Below, in pieces: positions 1-9,583 of a DNA stretch of 43,110 nucleotides; the first letter of the stretch is position 1; every line of letters starts with the position of its first letter. The notes beneath the pieces were generated by a model, which made no database searches, was not told where the DNA came from, and saw only the letters and a program-made list of their open reading frames with translations. Both the position numbers and the translations under genes were made by a program. Source of the DNA: a virus (taxonomy: Duplodnaviria > Caudoviricetes); the IMG/VR virus record IMGVR_UViG_3300043117_000136, positions 1 through 43,110 of that record. One strand, written 5' to 3'.

Positions 1-272
1 GCGGAGTGTTTAGGGGGGAGGATGCCGAGTGCCCAGACGAGGACAAGCGGCAAAAAGCGTTAAGAGCAAGATTTTGGGCGGAGGTGGATGATGGCAAAGG
101 GGACACCCAAGCGGGACGGTAGCGGCAGAGGCGAGAGGCGGAACAAGGGGCGCGGTGGATGCAACCCCCCTAAAGACCGGGGTAGGAGATAATGCCTAGC
201 GAGCTTACGCTCAAACAGCGCAAATTTGTTGAGGCGTTTAAGGGCAACGCAACCGAAGCGGCACGGGTCGCA
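1..272 (+). repeat. Direct repeat copy 1 of 39723-39994 (cut by the window start)
   Basis: Manual alignment at offset 39722: identical except ggcagag/ggcaaag and gaggcg/gaagcg; diverges after ...cgggtcgca at 272/39994. Confidence 0.97.
91..192 (+). CDS. Small basic peptide MAKGTPKRDGSGRGERRNKGRGGCNPPKDRGRR (copy of 39813-39914)
   Basis: Manual translation; GGAGG upstream; stop overlaps the next ATG (TAATG). Confidence 0.6.
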   Translation: MAKGTPKRDGSGRGERRNKGRGGCNPPKDRGRR

Positions 273-287
273 AGAAGCCCCCACTAG
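192..287 (+). pseudogene. 5' fragment of the second terminase small subunit, truncated by an IS end
   Basis: First 27 codons encode MPSELTLKQRKFVEAFKGNATEAARVA as at 39914, then RSPH* read from the IS remnant. Confidence 0.9.
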
Positions 288-323
288 AATCGTGGCAACG
301 ATTTAGTGGTGGGAGTATGTCAC
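271..323 (+). mobile_element. Isolated IS200/IS605-family right-end remnant
   Basis: GAAGCCCCCACT-hairpin-GTGGGAGTATGTCAC; same layout as the right end of the TnpB element in this window (GAATCCCC...GGGGAGGACGTCAA). Confidence 0.65.
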
Positions 324-720
324 AAAGGGCGCAATAACTCAAAAAAGGGCGCAAAGTCTAAATTATTGCGCCCTTTTTGTAAGTTACCGTAATTATTCAA
401 GAATCGGCGTTCTCGTTTGTGGCAAAAGGGCGCAATAAAAAACTTTGCGCCCTTTTTGTAAGTTACCGAAATTATTATATTATCTCTTCTTATTTTTATA
501 AAAGGGCGCAATAATGTATAATAATAGTGAATTGGGTAGAGAATATAAAAAAAACGTATATTTTTAAAAATAGAAGTTATAGGGGTAAGGGATTGGTGTT
601 TTTTTGCGCCCTTGCGCCCTTTTGCCCCCTTTTAAGAGGTAAAAATCAATAACAACAAACACTTACACAAGGGCGCGATAATTTAGACTTTGCGCCCTTT
701 TGAAAAACATCGCGCCCTTT
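324..720. repeat. Iteron-like GGGCGC/GCGCCC array around an AT-rich core; origin-like
   Basis: 11 GGGCGC/GCGCCC cores in both orientations; ~41-bp imperfect inverted repeat 343-384 vs 661-701; AT-rich centre ~470-580. Confidence 0.75.
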
Positions 721-795
721 CGATTTTTGCACCAAATTGATGATTTTTGTGGTACTATTGAAGAAAACAAAAAAGGAGTATGTCACCATACCCTC

Positions 796-823
796 TTGAC
801 ATTCCCCGCCCCCGTGGTAGTAT
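796..823 (+). promoter_or_regulatory. Sigma70-type promoter for the virion operon
   Basis: TTGACA(796-801)-16 bp-TAGTAT(818-823) with extended TG. Confidence 0.55.
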
Positions 824-845
824 GTCGGGAGAGGAGTTGAGTATT

Positions 846-1262
846 ATGGCTACGAAAAAAAAGGGCCTCCCCGGACGCCCGACAAAATATAATAAAAAGA
901 TCGAGCAGGATGCGCTTGATTATGTGACGCGGCTTGAGGAATTAGGGCATGTCATCCCGTCACGCGCTGGACTTTGCTGTTACCTCGGTATTGCGAAGTC
1001 TACGAGCTACGAATGGGAGAAGGAACACCCGCGTTTTTCGGACGCTTTGAGGGCGGTAGAGGTGATGCAGGAGCACATGACGCTCAACGGCTCACTTGCG
1101 AATCAGCTTAACTCCACGATTGCAAAACTGGTATTGTCGAATAATCACGGCTATACCGAAAAGAGCGCAGTAGACAATACTTCGTCTGATGGCTCCATGT
1201 CACCCGGCGCAACCCAGGATGAAGTATTAAAAGCAATCGCCGCTAAATATAAAGACGAATGA
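846..1262 (+). CDS. terS: Terminase small subunit (P22 gp3-like DNA packaging protein)
   Basis: GRPTKY motif and HTH-like segment; stop overlaps terL start; start moved from 780 to the ATG after GAGGAG. Confidence 0.85.
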   Translation: MATKKKGLPGRPTKYNKKIEQDALDYVTRLEELGHVIPSRAGLCCYLGIAKSTSYEWEKEHPRFSDALRAVEVMQEHMTLNGSLANQLNSTIAKLVLSNNHGYTEKSAVDNTSSDGSMSPGATQDEVLKAIAAKYKDE

Positions 1263-2650
1263 CCGCGCAAGAGATAGCCGATTGCAGGACAGATTTATTC
1301 ACTTTCACAAAAGTGATGTTCAAGGCACGTAAAGGCATAGCGTTCTCTGAAAACTGGCATCAGGAAAAGATCTGCACCTCGCTTGAGCGTGTGGTTATCG
1401 GCAAGACAAAGCGCCTCATTATCACGATACCGCCACGTTCGGGTAAGACCGAGCTGGCGGTTATCAACTTTATTGCATGGTGCATGGGCAACTTCCCGGA
1501 ATCAGAGTTTATCCATGCGAGTTATTCAAAGCGCCTTGCGACGAACAACACTTACCATGCTCGTGCATTGATCCAGCACGATAAATATGCGGAGATATTT
1601 GGAGCGCCAAAGTTTCGGGGTGATAGCAACGCAAAGGATGAGTTCAGAACTCAACAAGGCGGAGTTGTTTATGCCACAGGCGCAGAAGGAACAATCACCG
1701 GTTACGGCGCTGGTGGCATGGGTGAACGGTTCAAGGGCGCGATAGTCATTGATGATCCGCACAAAGCGGGTGAAGGTAACTCCGAAACCATGCGCGAGAA
1801 TGTGCTGGATTGGTTCAGCACAACGATGGAGAGCAGGAAGAACAGCCCTGACACGCCCATCATTATTATCATGCAGCGCTTGCACAAGCGCGACCTTGCC
1901 GGTTTTCTGTTAGATGGTGGTAACGGTGAAGAATGGGAACACTTGAACATCCCAGCGATAACGGAAGGGGGTGTGTCGTTCTGGAAAAAACAGTTCCCGC
2001 TCGATGATTTGCGCCGCATGGAAAAGGCGAACCGCTACCGCTTCGCCGGGCAGTACATGCAAAGCCCTGCACCGATTGGAGGCGGTATCTTCCGGGATGA
2101 ATGGTGGCAGTTTTATAGCGTGACCCCGCGCATTAAGTATCGCATGATATACGCCGATACCGCGCAAAAAACAAAAGAGCAGAACGATTATTCTGTGTTT
2201 CAATGCTGGGGTAAAGGCAGCGACGGGAAAATATACCTGCTCGATATGATACGCGGGAAGTGGGAATCGCCGCAATTACTCCGGGCAGCCCGCGCGTTCT
2301 GGGATAAGCACAAGGCCTTAAACCGCAAGACGCACGGCACACTGCGCAAGCTGAAACCAGAGGACAAATCAAGCGGAACCGGGTTAATACAGCAGTTGCA
2401 ACAGCAGGGCGTGCCGGTAGAGGGCATACAGCGCAGCATTGACAAGGTAACGCGCGCAATGGACGCGGCCCCGCAGATACAGGCTGGCAATGTGATGTTG
2501 CCGGAATCAGCGCCTTATGTGTCGGACATATTATCAGAGGCTACAGGTTTTCCTAATGCCGCGCATGACGATACGCTTGACCCGCTCATGGATGCGATAG
2601 ACGACATGCTTACGAGTGATACAACCTTCGACTACTCACGCTTACTATAG
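1259..2650 (+). CDS. terL: Terminase large subunit
   Basis: Walker A PPRSGKT, Walker B IVIDD, IMQRLH coupling motif, RNase H-like C-terminus (YADTA...HDDTLD). Confidence 0.96.
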   Translation: MTAQEIADCRTDLFTFTKVMFKARKGIAFSENWHQEKICTSLERVVIGKTKRLIITIPPRSGKTELAVINFIAWCMGNFPESEFIHASYSKRLATNNTYHARALIQHDKYAEIFGAPKFRGDSNAKDEFRTQQGGVVYATGAEGTITGYGAGGMGERFKGAIVIDDPHKAGEGNSETMRENVLDWFSTTMESRKNSPDTPIIIIMQRLHKRDLAGFLLDGGNGEEWEHLNIPAITEGGVSFWKKQFPLDDLRRMEKANRYRFAGQYMQSPAPIGGGIFRDEWWQFYSVTPRIKYRMIYADTAQKTKEQNDYSVFQCWGKGSDGKIYLLDMIRGKWESPQLLRAARAFWDKHKALNRKTHGTLRKLKPEDKSSGTGLIQQLQQQGVPVEGIQRSIDKVTRAMDAAPQIQAGNVMLPESAPYVSDILSEATGFPNAAHDDTLDPLMDAIDDMLTSDTTFDYSRLL

Positions 2651-2659
2651 GCCATCATT

Positions 2660-3925
2660 ATGCACATAGCTCAAAAGTTCGCCGACGGAATTGTCAGCCT
2701 CACAAATAAACTTGCTAATCGGCGCAACGCTCAGGCAAGCAACCGAATGACAAGCACGCGCGTAGACTGGGACGAGTTACGCGCGATTTATCGTTCAGGG
2801 ATGGGGAGCAAGATTATCCGGCTCAAGACAGGCATTGCCCTGAAAGATACGCTACAGTTCGGGAGCGAGTCAGACCGTGAGTTTTATGAAGCACGCTTGC
2901 AACAGCTTGTCAAGGACGCATCTAAATACATGCTTGCCTTCGGCCGTGGGCTTATCGTTATCCATGAGCCTGGAGCCGACTTATCACAGCCGCTAGGCAA
3001 TATCAGCGACTGGAGCCGGGTGCGCTATCATGTGTTCAGCGGCGACATGGTATATGTGCAGTCCGTTGATTATAACCTTGACAGCCCGACATATTTCGAC
3101 CCAAAAGCCTACAGCGTGAGGGGCTTTACCATTCACCCGAGCCGCGCTGTAGACATGAAATATGTGGAGCCGGTAGAGTTCGACGCCCCAGAATACTTCT
3201 TCGGGGGTATCTCTGAGTTTGAGCTGATCCGCAATGAGTTGATAAGCGATCAGGTTGTACAGCGGGCGGTTCCGGCCATTCTTGAAAAGTCCGCAACAAT
3301 CTTCTATAAGATAAAAGGCTTTAAGGAACTGCTGGCCGATAAGCAAGAATCCTCCCTCATTACATACTTCACCAACCTTGAAAACCTGCGCTCAGTGTAT
3401 GGATCTGGCATCGTAGACCAAGAAGACGAGATAGAAGTCCACAATCAAATACTTTCCAACCTGGCCGAGTCCGACATGATAACCTTGCGCCGCCTTGCCA
3501 TGGTGACAGGGCTTCCGCTATCGTGGCTTGTGGGGGAAGCGGCCAAGGGCCTCAACTCCACAGGCGAAGGTGAGCGGCAGGTGTTAATGGAAACTATTAC
3601 TACCCTGCAATCTGATTACCTGCTCAATCCTATCAACATACTTATGCACATGCACGGGCGCGGGAGCGTATCGTTCAAAGAGAACCAGGGAGAACAGCCG
3701 ACCGACAGAATCAGGTACGAGGAGACGGTTATCAAGAACGCCGCACTTCTGTGGCAGATGGGCGAGGATTACACGAAATACTTAGAGGATCACGGCGTGA
3801 CAGAGCAGGACGCTTTCGCGCAGATGTTCGGCAAACCTGACCAGCCGGAGCCGCTACCAGAACCGGAAGCGGCGGAAGTTACGCTTGAATCGTTGTTAAG
3901 TGGTGAAGATGAAACGCGAGGTTAA
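2660..3925 (+). CDS. Portal protein (DUF1073-like)
   Basis: 421 aa after terL; GLPLSWLVGEAAKGLNSTGEGE motif typical of this portal family. Confidence 0.85.
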   Translation: MHIAQKFADGIVSLTNKLANRRNAQASNRMTSTRVDWDELRAIYRSGMGSKIIRLKTGIALKDTLQFGSESDREFYEARLQQLVKDASKYMLAFGRGLIVIHEPGADLSQPLGNISDWSRVRYHVFSGDMVYVQSVDYNLDSPTYFDPKAYSVRGFTIHPSRAVDMKYVEPVEFDAPEYFFGGISEFELIRNELISDQVVQRAVPAILEKSATIFYKIKGFKELLADKQESSLITYFTNLENLRSVYGSGIVDQEDEIEVHNQILSNLAESDMITLRRLAMVTGLPLSWLVGEAAKGLNSTGEGERQVLMETITTLQSDYLLNPINILMHMHGRGSVSFKENQGEQPTDRIRYEETVIKNAALLWQMGEDYTKYLEDHGVTEQDAFAQMFGKPDQPEPLPEPEAAEVTLESLLSGEDETRG

Positions 3926-4751
3926 AGCGCCCAACGGCGCACAACTCAAAGCACCAGAACCTCCGCGCGCAGAGATCCGCGAGTTTGGCAACGCCATTGA
4001 ATATATGGTTGATCAGATGGCGAAGCGCTGGCGCAATCAGGTGTTTGATGAGTTGAATCAGAGCACGGTCAAGAAATTTGCGGACGCGGTATCCATCAAG
4101 GACGCCAGTCAGATAGGCAACTTCGCCCGCGTGTTTCTCCGCATTGCAGACCGAGTGAAGCGTAAGCTGCTCAAACAGTTTGACGATGAACGCCTTGAGG
4201 ATCTTGCAAAGAAATTCACGAGCAAAGTAGACCGTCGCAACCAGAAAGAGTTTTATCGCCGCGCCGAAAAAGCCGTGGGGATCAGCCGCCAGGAGCTTGA
4301 AGCCACCGAAGGGCTGACGTACCAGATAAACGCATATAAGCTGGAGACATACCAGTGGATACGCAAGATGCGCGACGATACCCTCCAGATGTGGACAAGT
4401 CAAACCCTGCGCGATATGGCAGAGGGCAAAGGTCTGCCGGAGATATTGTCTCAGTTTGATGATATGGTGGAGAAGCGCAAAGGCCATGCGAAGATGGTAG
4501 CTCGTACTCAGATAAGCACGTTTAACAGTTTAACGAGTAAGGCGCGGGCGCAGAATCTGGGGATTGAAAGGGCTGTGTGGGTAACGTCCAAAGATGAACG
4601 CGTGAGAGCATGCCACCAGGCGCGAGACGGCAAAGAGTTTGACCTATCCGAGGGGTTGTATAGCTCGTGCGATGGTAAGACCCTGCTGCCTGGGGTGGAT
4701 TATTCTTGCCGTTGCGATTACAGAATGATTGTCCCCGAAATGGAGGAATAA
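3909..4751 (+). CDS. Minor head protein (Mu gpF / SPP1 gp7-like)
   Basis: ARTQ...W.TSKDERVR..H...DG...PG.DY.CRC motif. Confidence 0.9.
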   Translation: MKREVKAPNGAQLKAPEPPRAEIREFGNAIEYMVDQMAKRWRNQVFDELNQSTVKKFADAVSIKDASQIGNFARVFLRIADRVKRKLLKQFDDERLEDLAKKFTSKVDRRNQKEFYRRAEKAVGISRQELEATEGLTYQINAYKLETYQWIRKMRDDTLQMWTSQTLRDMAEGKGLPEILSQFDDMVEKRKGHAKMVARTQISTFNSLTSKARAQNLGIERAVWVTSKDERVRACHQARDGKEFDLSEGLYSSCDGKTLLPGVDYSCRCDYRMIVPEMEE

Positions 4752-4754
4752 ATA

Positions 4755-5357
4755 ATGGCTAACCGCTTCACGAAGTACCTCACAAATCTATTGTCCCGCA
4801 CCGGCCGTATTATTCAGGAAGACGGGAACTCTTTTAATGAGGCTGATTATTTAGCCTTAAAACAACGCGAGGAAATATCGAGCCAGTCATTGCTGGGATA
4901 TGCCTATATTGCATCATGGCGCTCAGAGATCCCAGCCGGAGAAACCCGCGACTTTGTACTTGAGATACCTGCGGGGATTCGCGTTTACTTCCATAGTTGT
5001 TCCCATACCGTTGTAGGAGGGAATCTAGAATGGGAGTTGCGGACGCGCCCGGATGCTGGATATCTGGTTGCAGACACAATAAAAGGCTGGAACGTAGATT
5101 CTGACCTCTATCAAGAATCGCAGGCATCTATTATCGAGGTTGACGGACTAACCACGGGGAGCGAGTTTAGACGCGAGAATATCCTCTACCCGGCGGGAAC
5201 CGGCACAAATGTGACTTCTTCAGTTTATACATCTGCCGATGCCATTCCGCAATATTCTACCAATTCAATCCCGGTTTTGCGTTTGAAAAACGTAAATGCA
5301 GACGCTATGGTAATCGTGGTCGACTTCGTTTGGGCGGAGCGTGAGATTGATGCTTGA
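4755..5357 (+). CDS. Hypothetical protein in the head module
   Basis: 200-aa ORF with GGAGG RBS filling the gap between gpF and the protease. Confidence 0.7.
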   Translation: MANRFTKYLTNLLSRTGRIIQEDGNSFNEADYLALKQREEISSQSLLGYAYIASWRSEIPAGETRDFVLEIPAGIRVYFHSCSHTVVGGNLEWELRTRPDAGYLVADTIKGWNVDSDLYQESQASIIEVDGLTTGSEFRRENILYPAGTGTNVTSSVYTSADAIPQYSTNSIPVLRLKNVNADAMVIVVDFVWAEREIDA

Positions 5358-5382
5358 CAAAAAATTGACGCTACTGTACGAT
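5354..5382 (+). promoter_or_regulatory. Internal promoter upstream of the protease/capsid genes
   Basis: TTGACA(5354-5359)-17 bp-TACGAT(5377-5382). Confidence 0.55.
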
Positions 5383-5414
5383 AGATAATAGTATTCAACC
5401 GCAGAGGTGCATAA

Positions 5415-6614
5415 ATGCCCCAAAAGATTGACGAATGTGTAAAATCTGTTATGGAGTCCGGGAAAACGGAGTCTGAAGCATGGGCTATATGTAAAGCCAA
5501 GTTTCAGGATTCTGCCCCCATTCATAGACAGTTTGCCGACATTGCGACATTCTCCGCATCGGAGCGTACCGCTGTGTCTGTGCGTGATGGTGTGCTTGAA
5601 TATTTGGGTTCAGAGATCGGACTAGAGCCTGCCGATAAGATTTTTACCGTCTACCGCTCCCCGGCCACCATCGCAAATGCTGCATGGGCTATGCAGGGTA
5701 TTCCGCTGACAGATGAGCATGTATCTCTAGATGAGCCTGCACCGGATGGCGGCGGACGCGTTGAGATGTCACAGGTTATCGACCAGGTAGACGAATCCAC
5801 ATACTCCCGCCTTGCTGTACGCAACAAATTGTCCGTTAGCGATCAATTATCCCCAACCCTTGAACAGAAACGCCAGCTATCCCTCGGATATGGTGCAGAC
5901 CTGATACCGCATGACCGCTGGGATTTTGAGCAAGTAGAGATTAAGCCGCATCATCTAGCTGTTGTCCCCGCTGGGCGGTGCGGGAAGTTGTGCAGCTTTT
6001 TAGACAGAAAACCAGATCTATCACAAAAGGAGCCAGAACAGATGGATAAACTACACAAAGCGTTCAAAGACGCGGAAGGCTCGGTAAACCTTGAGCAGAT
6101 CGTGGAGATTGCAACGTCTCTGCCCGAAGCAATCCGCAAGGTGCCCGTTGACCGGCTGCAAGAGCTGATGCCTGCTATGCAGGAGATCATGTCCTATGCT
6201 AAAGAGCAGGGCGCACTCCCGGAAGAGGAAGCCCCCACAGACGAAGGCATGGGAGATGAGGGCATGAAAGAAGGCGAAGAAGAAGACGAGAAGAAATTCT
6301 CTGACGCTGACTTTAAGGACGCACTCGAAAAAGAAAAACAGAAGTTTGCCGACGCTGAAGTAAAGCGTTATGCGCAAGTGGTAAACAAAGCGCGGAACTT
6401 CTTGGATGCTGAATACGATTTCACTGGCAAGACCGCGAATCAGGTAATGCGTGATGCTTTGGCTACCCAGTCAAGCGATCAGTTCGAGGATTCAGAGTTG
6501 CCCGTGGCATTTAAGATGCTGCGTAAACAAAATACCGATTATACACAGTTCGGAGACACCAAGCCCGAAGGCGGTCTTGCTGCCCGGATCAAAGCCGAAA
6601 TTGGGGAGGAATAA
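5415..6614 (+). CDS. Prohead protease/scaffold (DUF2213-like)
   Basis: P.TDEH, LSLGY and HLAVVPAGRCG motifs; acidic scaffold-like C-terminal half. Confidence 0.85.
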   Translation: MPQKIDECVKSVMESGKTESEAWAICKAKFQDSAPIHRQFADIATFSASERTAVSVRDGVLEYLGSEIGLEPADKIFTVYRSPATIANAAWAMQGIPLTDEHVSLDEPAPDGGGRVEMSQVIDQVDESTYSRLAVRNKLSVSDQLSPTLEQKRQLSLGYGADLIPHDRWDFEQVEIKPHHLAVVPAGRCGKLCSFLDRKPDLSQKEPEQMDKLHKAFKDAEGSVNLEQIVEIATSLPEAIRKVPVDRLQELMPAMQEIMSYAKEQGALPEEEAPTDEGMGDEGMKEGEEEDEKKFSDADFKDALEKEKQKFADAEVKRYAQVVNKARNFLDAEYDFTGKTANQVMRDALATQSSDQFEDSELPVAFKMLRKQNTDYTQFGDTKPEGGLAARIKAEIGEE

Positions 6615-6616
6615 TT

Positions 6617-7102
6617 ATGTCTTTTGCAAACACAGTGCTCCAAGACAATCCTGATCTGCCCGCTGGAGAGGTAATTGCAGCCAGCCCGCACAACATTTCA
6701 GCCTTCGAGGTTTTCGAGGACGGACTTATTGAAGGTCGCTTTTGTAAGTTTGATAGCGGCTCCATTGATAACCTGGATTCATCCGCCACGCCGACTATCG
6801 CGGGTATTGTACGCCGTAAAGTAACCGGCGAAGTTAACGCCGTTGGTACTTCGGGCGTGTACAGCGCAGACGGCCCCGAAGTGGATCAGGTTGCCGAGGT
6901 TATCAACTTCGGTTTTGCCACCGTTACCGTGACCGACACCGCCACCCCGGCCAAGTACGGGCAGGTGTATGTATCCAATACAAACGATGCTGATCGCGGC
7001 AAGGCTTCCGACCTTAACACCCTGCTCGAAGTTCCGGGCGTTGTGTTCTGGGAAGAGAAGTCCGATGGCGTGTGGCTCGTTCGCATTAACCAGTATCTCT
7101 AA
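6617..7102 (+). CDS. Head decoration/cement protein
   Basis: 161 aa between protease and capsid; position typical of this module. Confidence 0.7.
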   Translation: MSFANTVLQDNPDLPAGEVIAASPHNISAFEVFEDGLIEGRFCKFDSGSIDNLDSSATPTIAGIVRRKVTGEVNAVGTSGVYSADGPEVDQVAEVINFGFATVTVTDTATPAKYGQVYVSNTNDADRGKASDLNTLLEVPGVVFWEEKSDGVWLVRINQYL

Positions 7103-7121
7103 AAAAGGGAGAGTATAAAAC

Positions 7122-8096
7122 ATGAAACCTGATATCAAGCGTGTACAATCCCTTTACGGGGTTCAATCATTCGACAATGCCGCTGCTTATGCAAAAAAGC
7201 ATTTCAAGGACGAGGGCGGCATTATCCTTGCTCGCAATCTTGAGCATGTCTCAACTGAGATTTTTACCCAAGAGTTTGCAGGGCTTACATTCCTTCAGCA
7301 GGGTATTACTATCAATAACGAGGGCGGGTATGCCACCTCGATCCGTAAGCTGAAGCTTCGCACCGAGGGCGGATTCCGCGAGTCTGGCACCAAGACCAAC
7401 ACCGCTGGCAAAATCACCCTTTCCGGTGAGGATGACAGCATTCCAGTGTTTACCATGGAGGGCGAGTCCGATTGGTCAGAAATTGAGCTGAAGCAGGCAG
7501 AACTTGAGAACATCAACCTGCCAAGCCGGTTTTTTGAAGGCCACGCAGAGCTGTACAATCGCAAGATTGACGAGCTGGGCTTTACCGGGCAGGTGCGCAC
7601 CGATGGCACCCAGAAAACCCTGGGCCTGCTCAACTATGGCTTTACCTCCAACGCAGCGACCAACACCGCTGAGAACCTTACCGGACAAGAGCTTTACGAC
7701 GAGATTGCAGAGCTTATTACTAGTCAGTGGGCGGGTGTTCTGAATGTGGACACATACAAAGCTGATCGCGTGGTAATGCCTGACGATGTATACAACATCG
7801 CATCAACCAAGATCCTCAACAGTGCCGGTTCTGAAATGTCCGTACTCCGGGCGCTCCAGTCCAACTTCCCTGGCGTGACTTTTGGGCTTACCCCCAAGGC
7901 GCAGGACGTTGGCGGCGACTCTATCACCGTGGCATTCAGCTCCAACCGCCGGGCCATGCAGTTCCGTCTGCCGGTTCCGCTGAATATATCCAGTGTGGAT
8001 CAACGGGGGTTTAAGTATTACGTTGAATCATACTTCGGTGTGGCCGGATTGGACGTTATCGAGGACGACGCTGCACAGATTCTGACGGGGCTGTAA
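7122..8096 (+). CDS. Major capsid protein (DUF2184-like, HK97 fold)
   Basis: 324 aa; W...EL..A, G......GLLN and LPVPL segments; gene order. Confidence 0.85.
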   Translation: MKPDIKRVQSLYGVQSFDNAAAYAKKHFKDEGGIILARNLEHVSTEIFTQEFAGLTFLQQGITINNEGGYATSIRKLKLRTEGGFRESGTKTNTAGKITLSGEDDSIPVFTMEGESDWSEIELKQAELENINLPSRFFEGHAELYNRKIDELGFTGQVRTDGTQKTLGLLNYGFTSNAATNTAENLTGQELYDEIAELITSQWAGVLNVDTYKADRVVMPDDVYNIASTKILNSAGSEMSVLRALQSNFPGVTFGLTPKAQDVGGDSITVAFSSNRRAMQFRLPVPLNISSVDQRGFKYYVESYFGVAGLDVIEDDAAQILTGL

Positions 8097-8097
8097 T

Positions 8098-8265
8098 ATG
8101 GAAGATATGCCTGGATTCGAGGAACCGCAGGAAGAACCGAAGCCGAAGAAAACCACACGGCGCAAAAAGGAAGAGGTGAAAATGGAAGATATGCCTGGAT
8201 TCGAGGAACCGCAGGAAGAACCGAAGCCGAAGAAAACCACACGGCGCAAAAAGGAAGAGGTGAAA
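8098..8265 (+). repeat. Perfect 2 x 84-bp in-frame tandem repeat
   Basis: 8098-8181 = 8182-8265. Confidence 0.97.
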
Positions 8266-8412
8266 AACGTCGCTTCCATGCCGTTCAAGGTATATGGCAA
8301 GGTTGTACAGCCGGGGCGCACTTACGCCCCCAGCACTGCGGATAAGAAAGACGAGAAGGCTACACGCCGGATCGAGAACGCAATTAAAAAAGGCTATCTG
8401 GAGAGGGTTTAA
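8098..8412 (+). CDS. Hypothetical protein with a duplicated 28-aa N-terminus
   Basis: ORF between capsid and adaptor genes. Confidence 0.7.
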   Translation: MEDMPGFEEPQEEPKPKKTTRRKKEEVKMEDMPGFEEPQEEPKPKKTTRRKKEEVKNVASMPFKVYGKVVQPGRTYAPSTADKKDEKATRRIENAIKKGYLERV

Positions 8413-8415
8413 ATT

Positions 8416-8769
8416 ATGTCACTGATCGACGATTTCAAAGCGCGGTTCCCTGAGTTCGATGTTGATGTCGTCGATCAGTACATACCCATTCTTGAGGGAG
8501 TATATCCCTGCTACTACGGCGGGGATTACTCCGACCTTTGCGACAAGGAAATAATCCTGAACTTGCTCGGACACCTGCTTGTAAGCGAAACCAAAGCAGG
8601 CACGGGCAATGTAAAATCAACACAGAGCAAATCCGTGGGTAATGTGTCCATCTCATATTCGGCGGGCTACGCATCCACGAGTGAGCGCATGGCATGGTTT
8701 AAGACCACACGCTACGGCTCACGTTATCTACTTCTCACGCGCAAGCGTCAGGGCGGGGTGTTTGTGTAA
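8416..8769 (+). CDS. Head-tail adaptor (DUF4054-like)
   Basis: F.ARFPEF N-terminus; SVGNVSISY; T.YG.RY. Confidence 0.85.
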   Translation: MSLIDDFKARFPEFDVDVVDQYIPILEGVYPCYYGGDYSDLCDKEIILNLLGHLLVSETKAGTGNVKSTQSKSVGNVSISYSAGYASTSERMAWFKTTRYGSRYLLLTRKRQGGVFV

Positions 8770-9242
8770 TGGCTAACTTGACATTAGAGCAGATGCTCAA
8801 GAAAACCGGCGCTATGGCTAGAGCCATCGAGACAGCCCGCCGTGATCATGTTGCTGTGGGATTGCCGTCTGAGAGGGTTGGCGGGAAGATATACGGCGAC
8901 GGCGAAACGGTTATATCCGTTGGCGCGTCTCACGAGTTTGGCGCGGGCGTTCCGCGCCGTTCTTTTTTGCGCTTGCCATTCGCTGCCAAGTCTGACGAGT
9001 TAGAAAAAGCCATAGCTATCCAGTTCCGCGATGTGTTTATCAAAGATAAGCCGGTGAAACAGGCTTTAGGGCTGATCGGTGTAACTGCCGTGAATATCAG
9101 CAAGGGTGCATTTACAACACGCGGCTACGGCCACTGGCCGGACTTGTCGCAGGCGACCAAAGACTTGAAAGGCAGCAGTCAGATATTGATTGATACCGGA
9201 ACACTTCGGAACTCAATTACCTATGTGGTGCGGGGGGCGTGA
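8769..9242 (+). CDS. Neck/tail-completion protein
   Basis: HEFGA.VP.RSFLR and LIDTG.LRNSITY motifs. Confidence 0.8.
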   Translation: MANLTLEQMLKKTGAMARAIETARRDHVAVGLPSERVGGKIYGDGETVISVGASHEFGAGVPRRSFLRLPFAAKSDELEKAIAIQFRDVFIKDKPVKQALGLIGVTAVNISKGAFTTRGYGHWPDLSQATKDLKGSSQILIDTGTLRNSITYVVRGA

Positions 9243-9583
9243 TGATTCTTGACATGTCCGATGCACTCACCGAATGGGAGCGGCCCACACTAATCAAGAC
9301 CGTTACCACCACCTCTGTTGATTTTGTCGAGACTGAAGTGGTAGCGGGGCGCACTCAAGATTGCGTTGTACAAGTTGCCGAAAAAGAAAAGCTCAACCCG
9401 GACACCATAGACTGGACACTTGAATATTTAATGGTGCACAGCAAGGCAGGCATTGAGCAGGGCGAATATGTAGAGTACGACGGGCGCGATTATAAAGTTA
9501 TTGAGCGTGGCCCATGGCGCGGGTATGGATACACTGAAGTGATAGCAGAAGAAACAAAACGTCCATTGCTTGAGGTGACTTGA
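9239..9583 (+). CDS. Head closure/neck protein
   Basis: Gene order; beta-rich 114 aa; translationally coupled. Confidence 0.65.
   Translation: MMILDMSDALTEWERPTLIKTVTTTSVDFVETEVVAGRTQDCVVQVAEKEKLNPDTIDWTLEYLMVHSKAGIEQGEYVEYDGRDYKVIERGPWRGYGYTEVIAEETKRPLLEVT

Noticed and set aside
1-272. Terminal direct repeat or simple circular-assembly overlap
   Set aside because: The copies differ at 2 positions and continue into different sequence, and the window runs 3 kb past the second copy.
324-720. CRISPR array
   Set aside because: Repeats are short, in both orientations and irregularly spaced; no cas genes.
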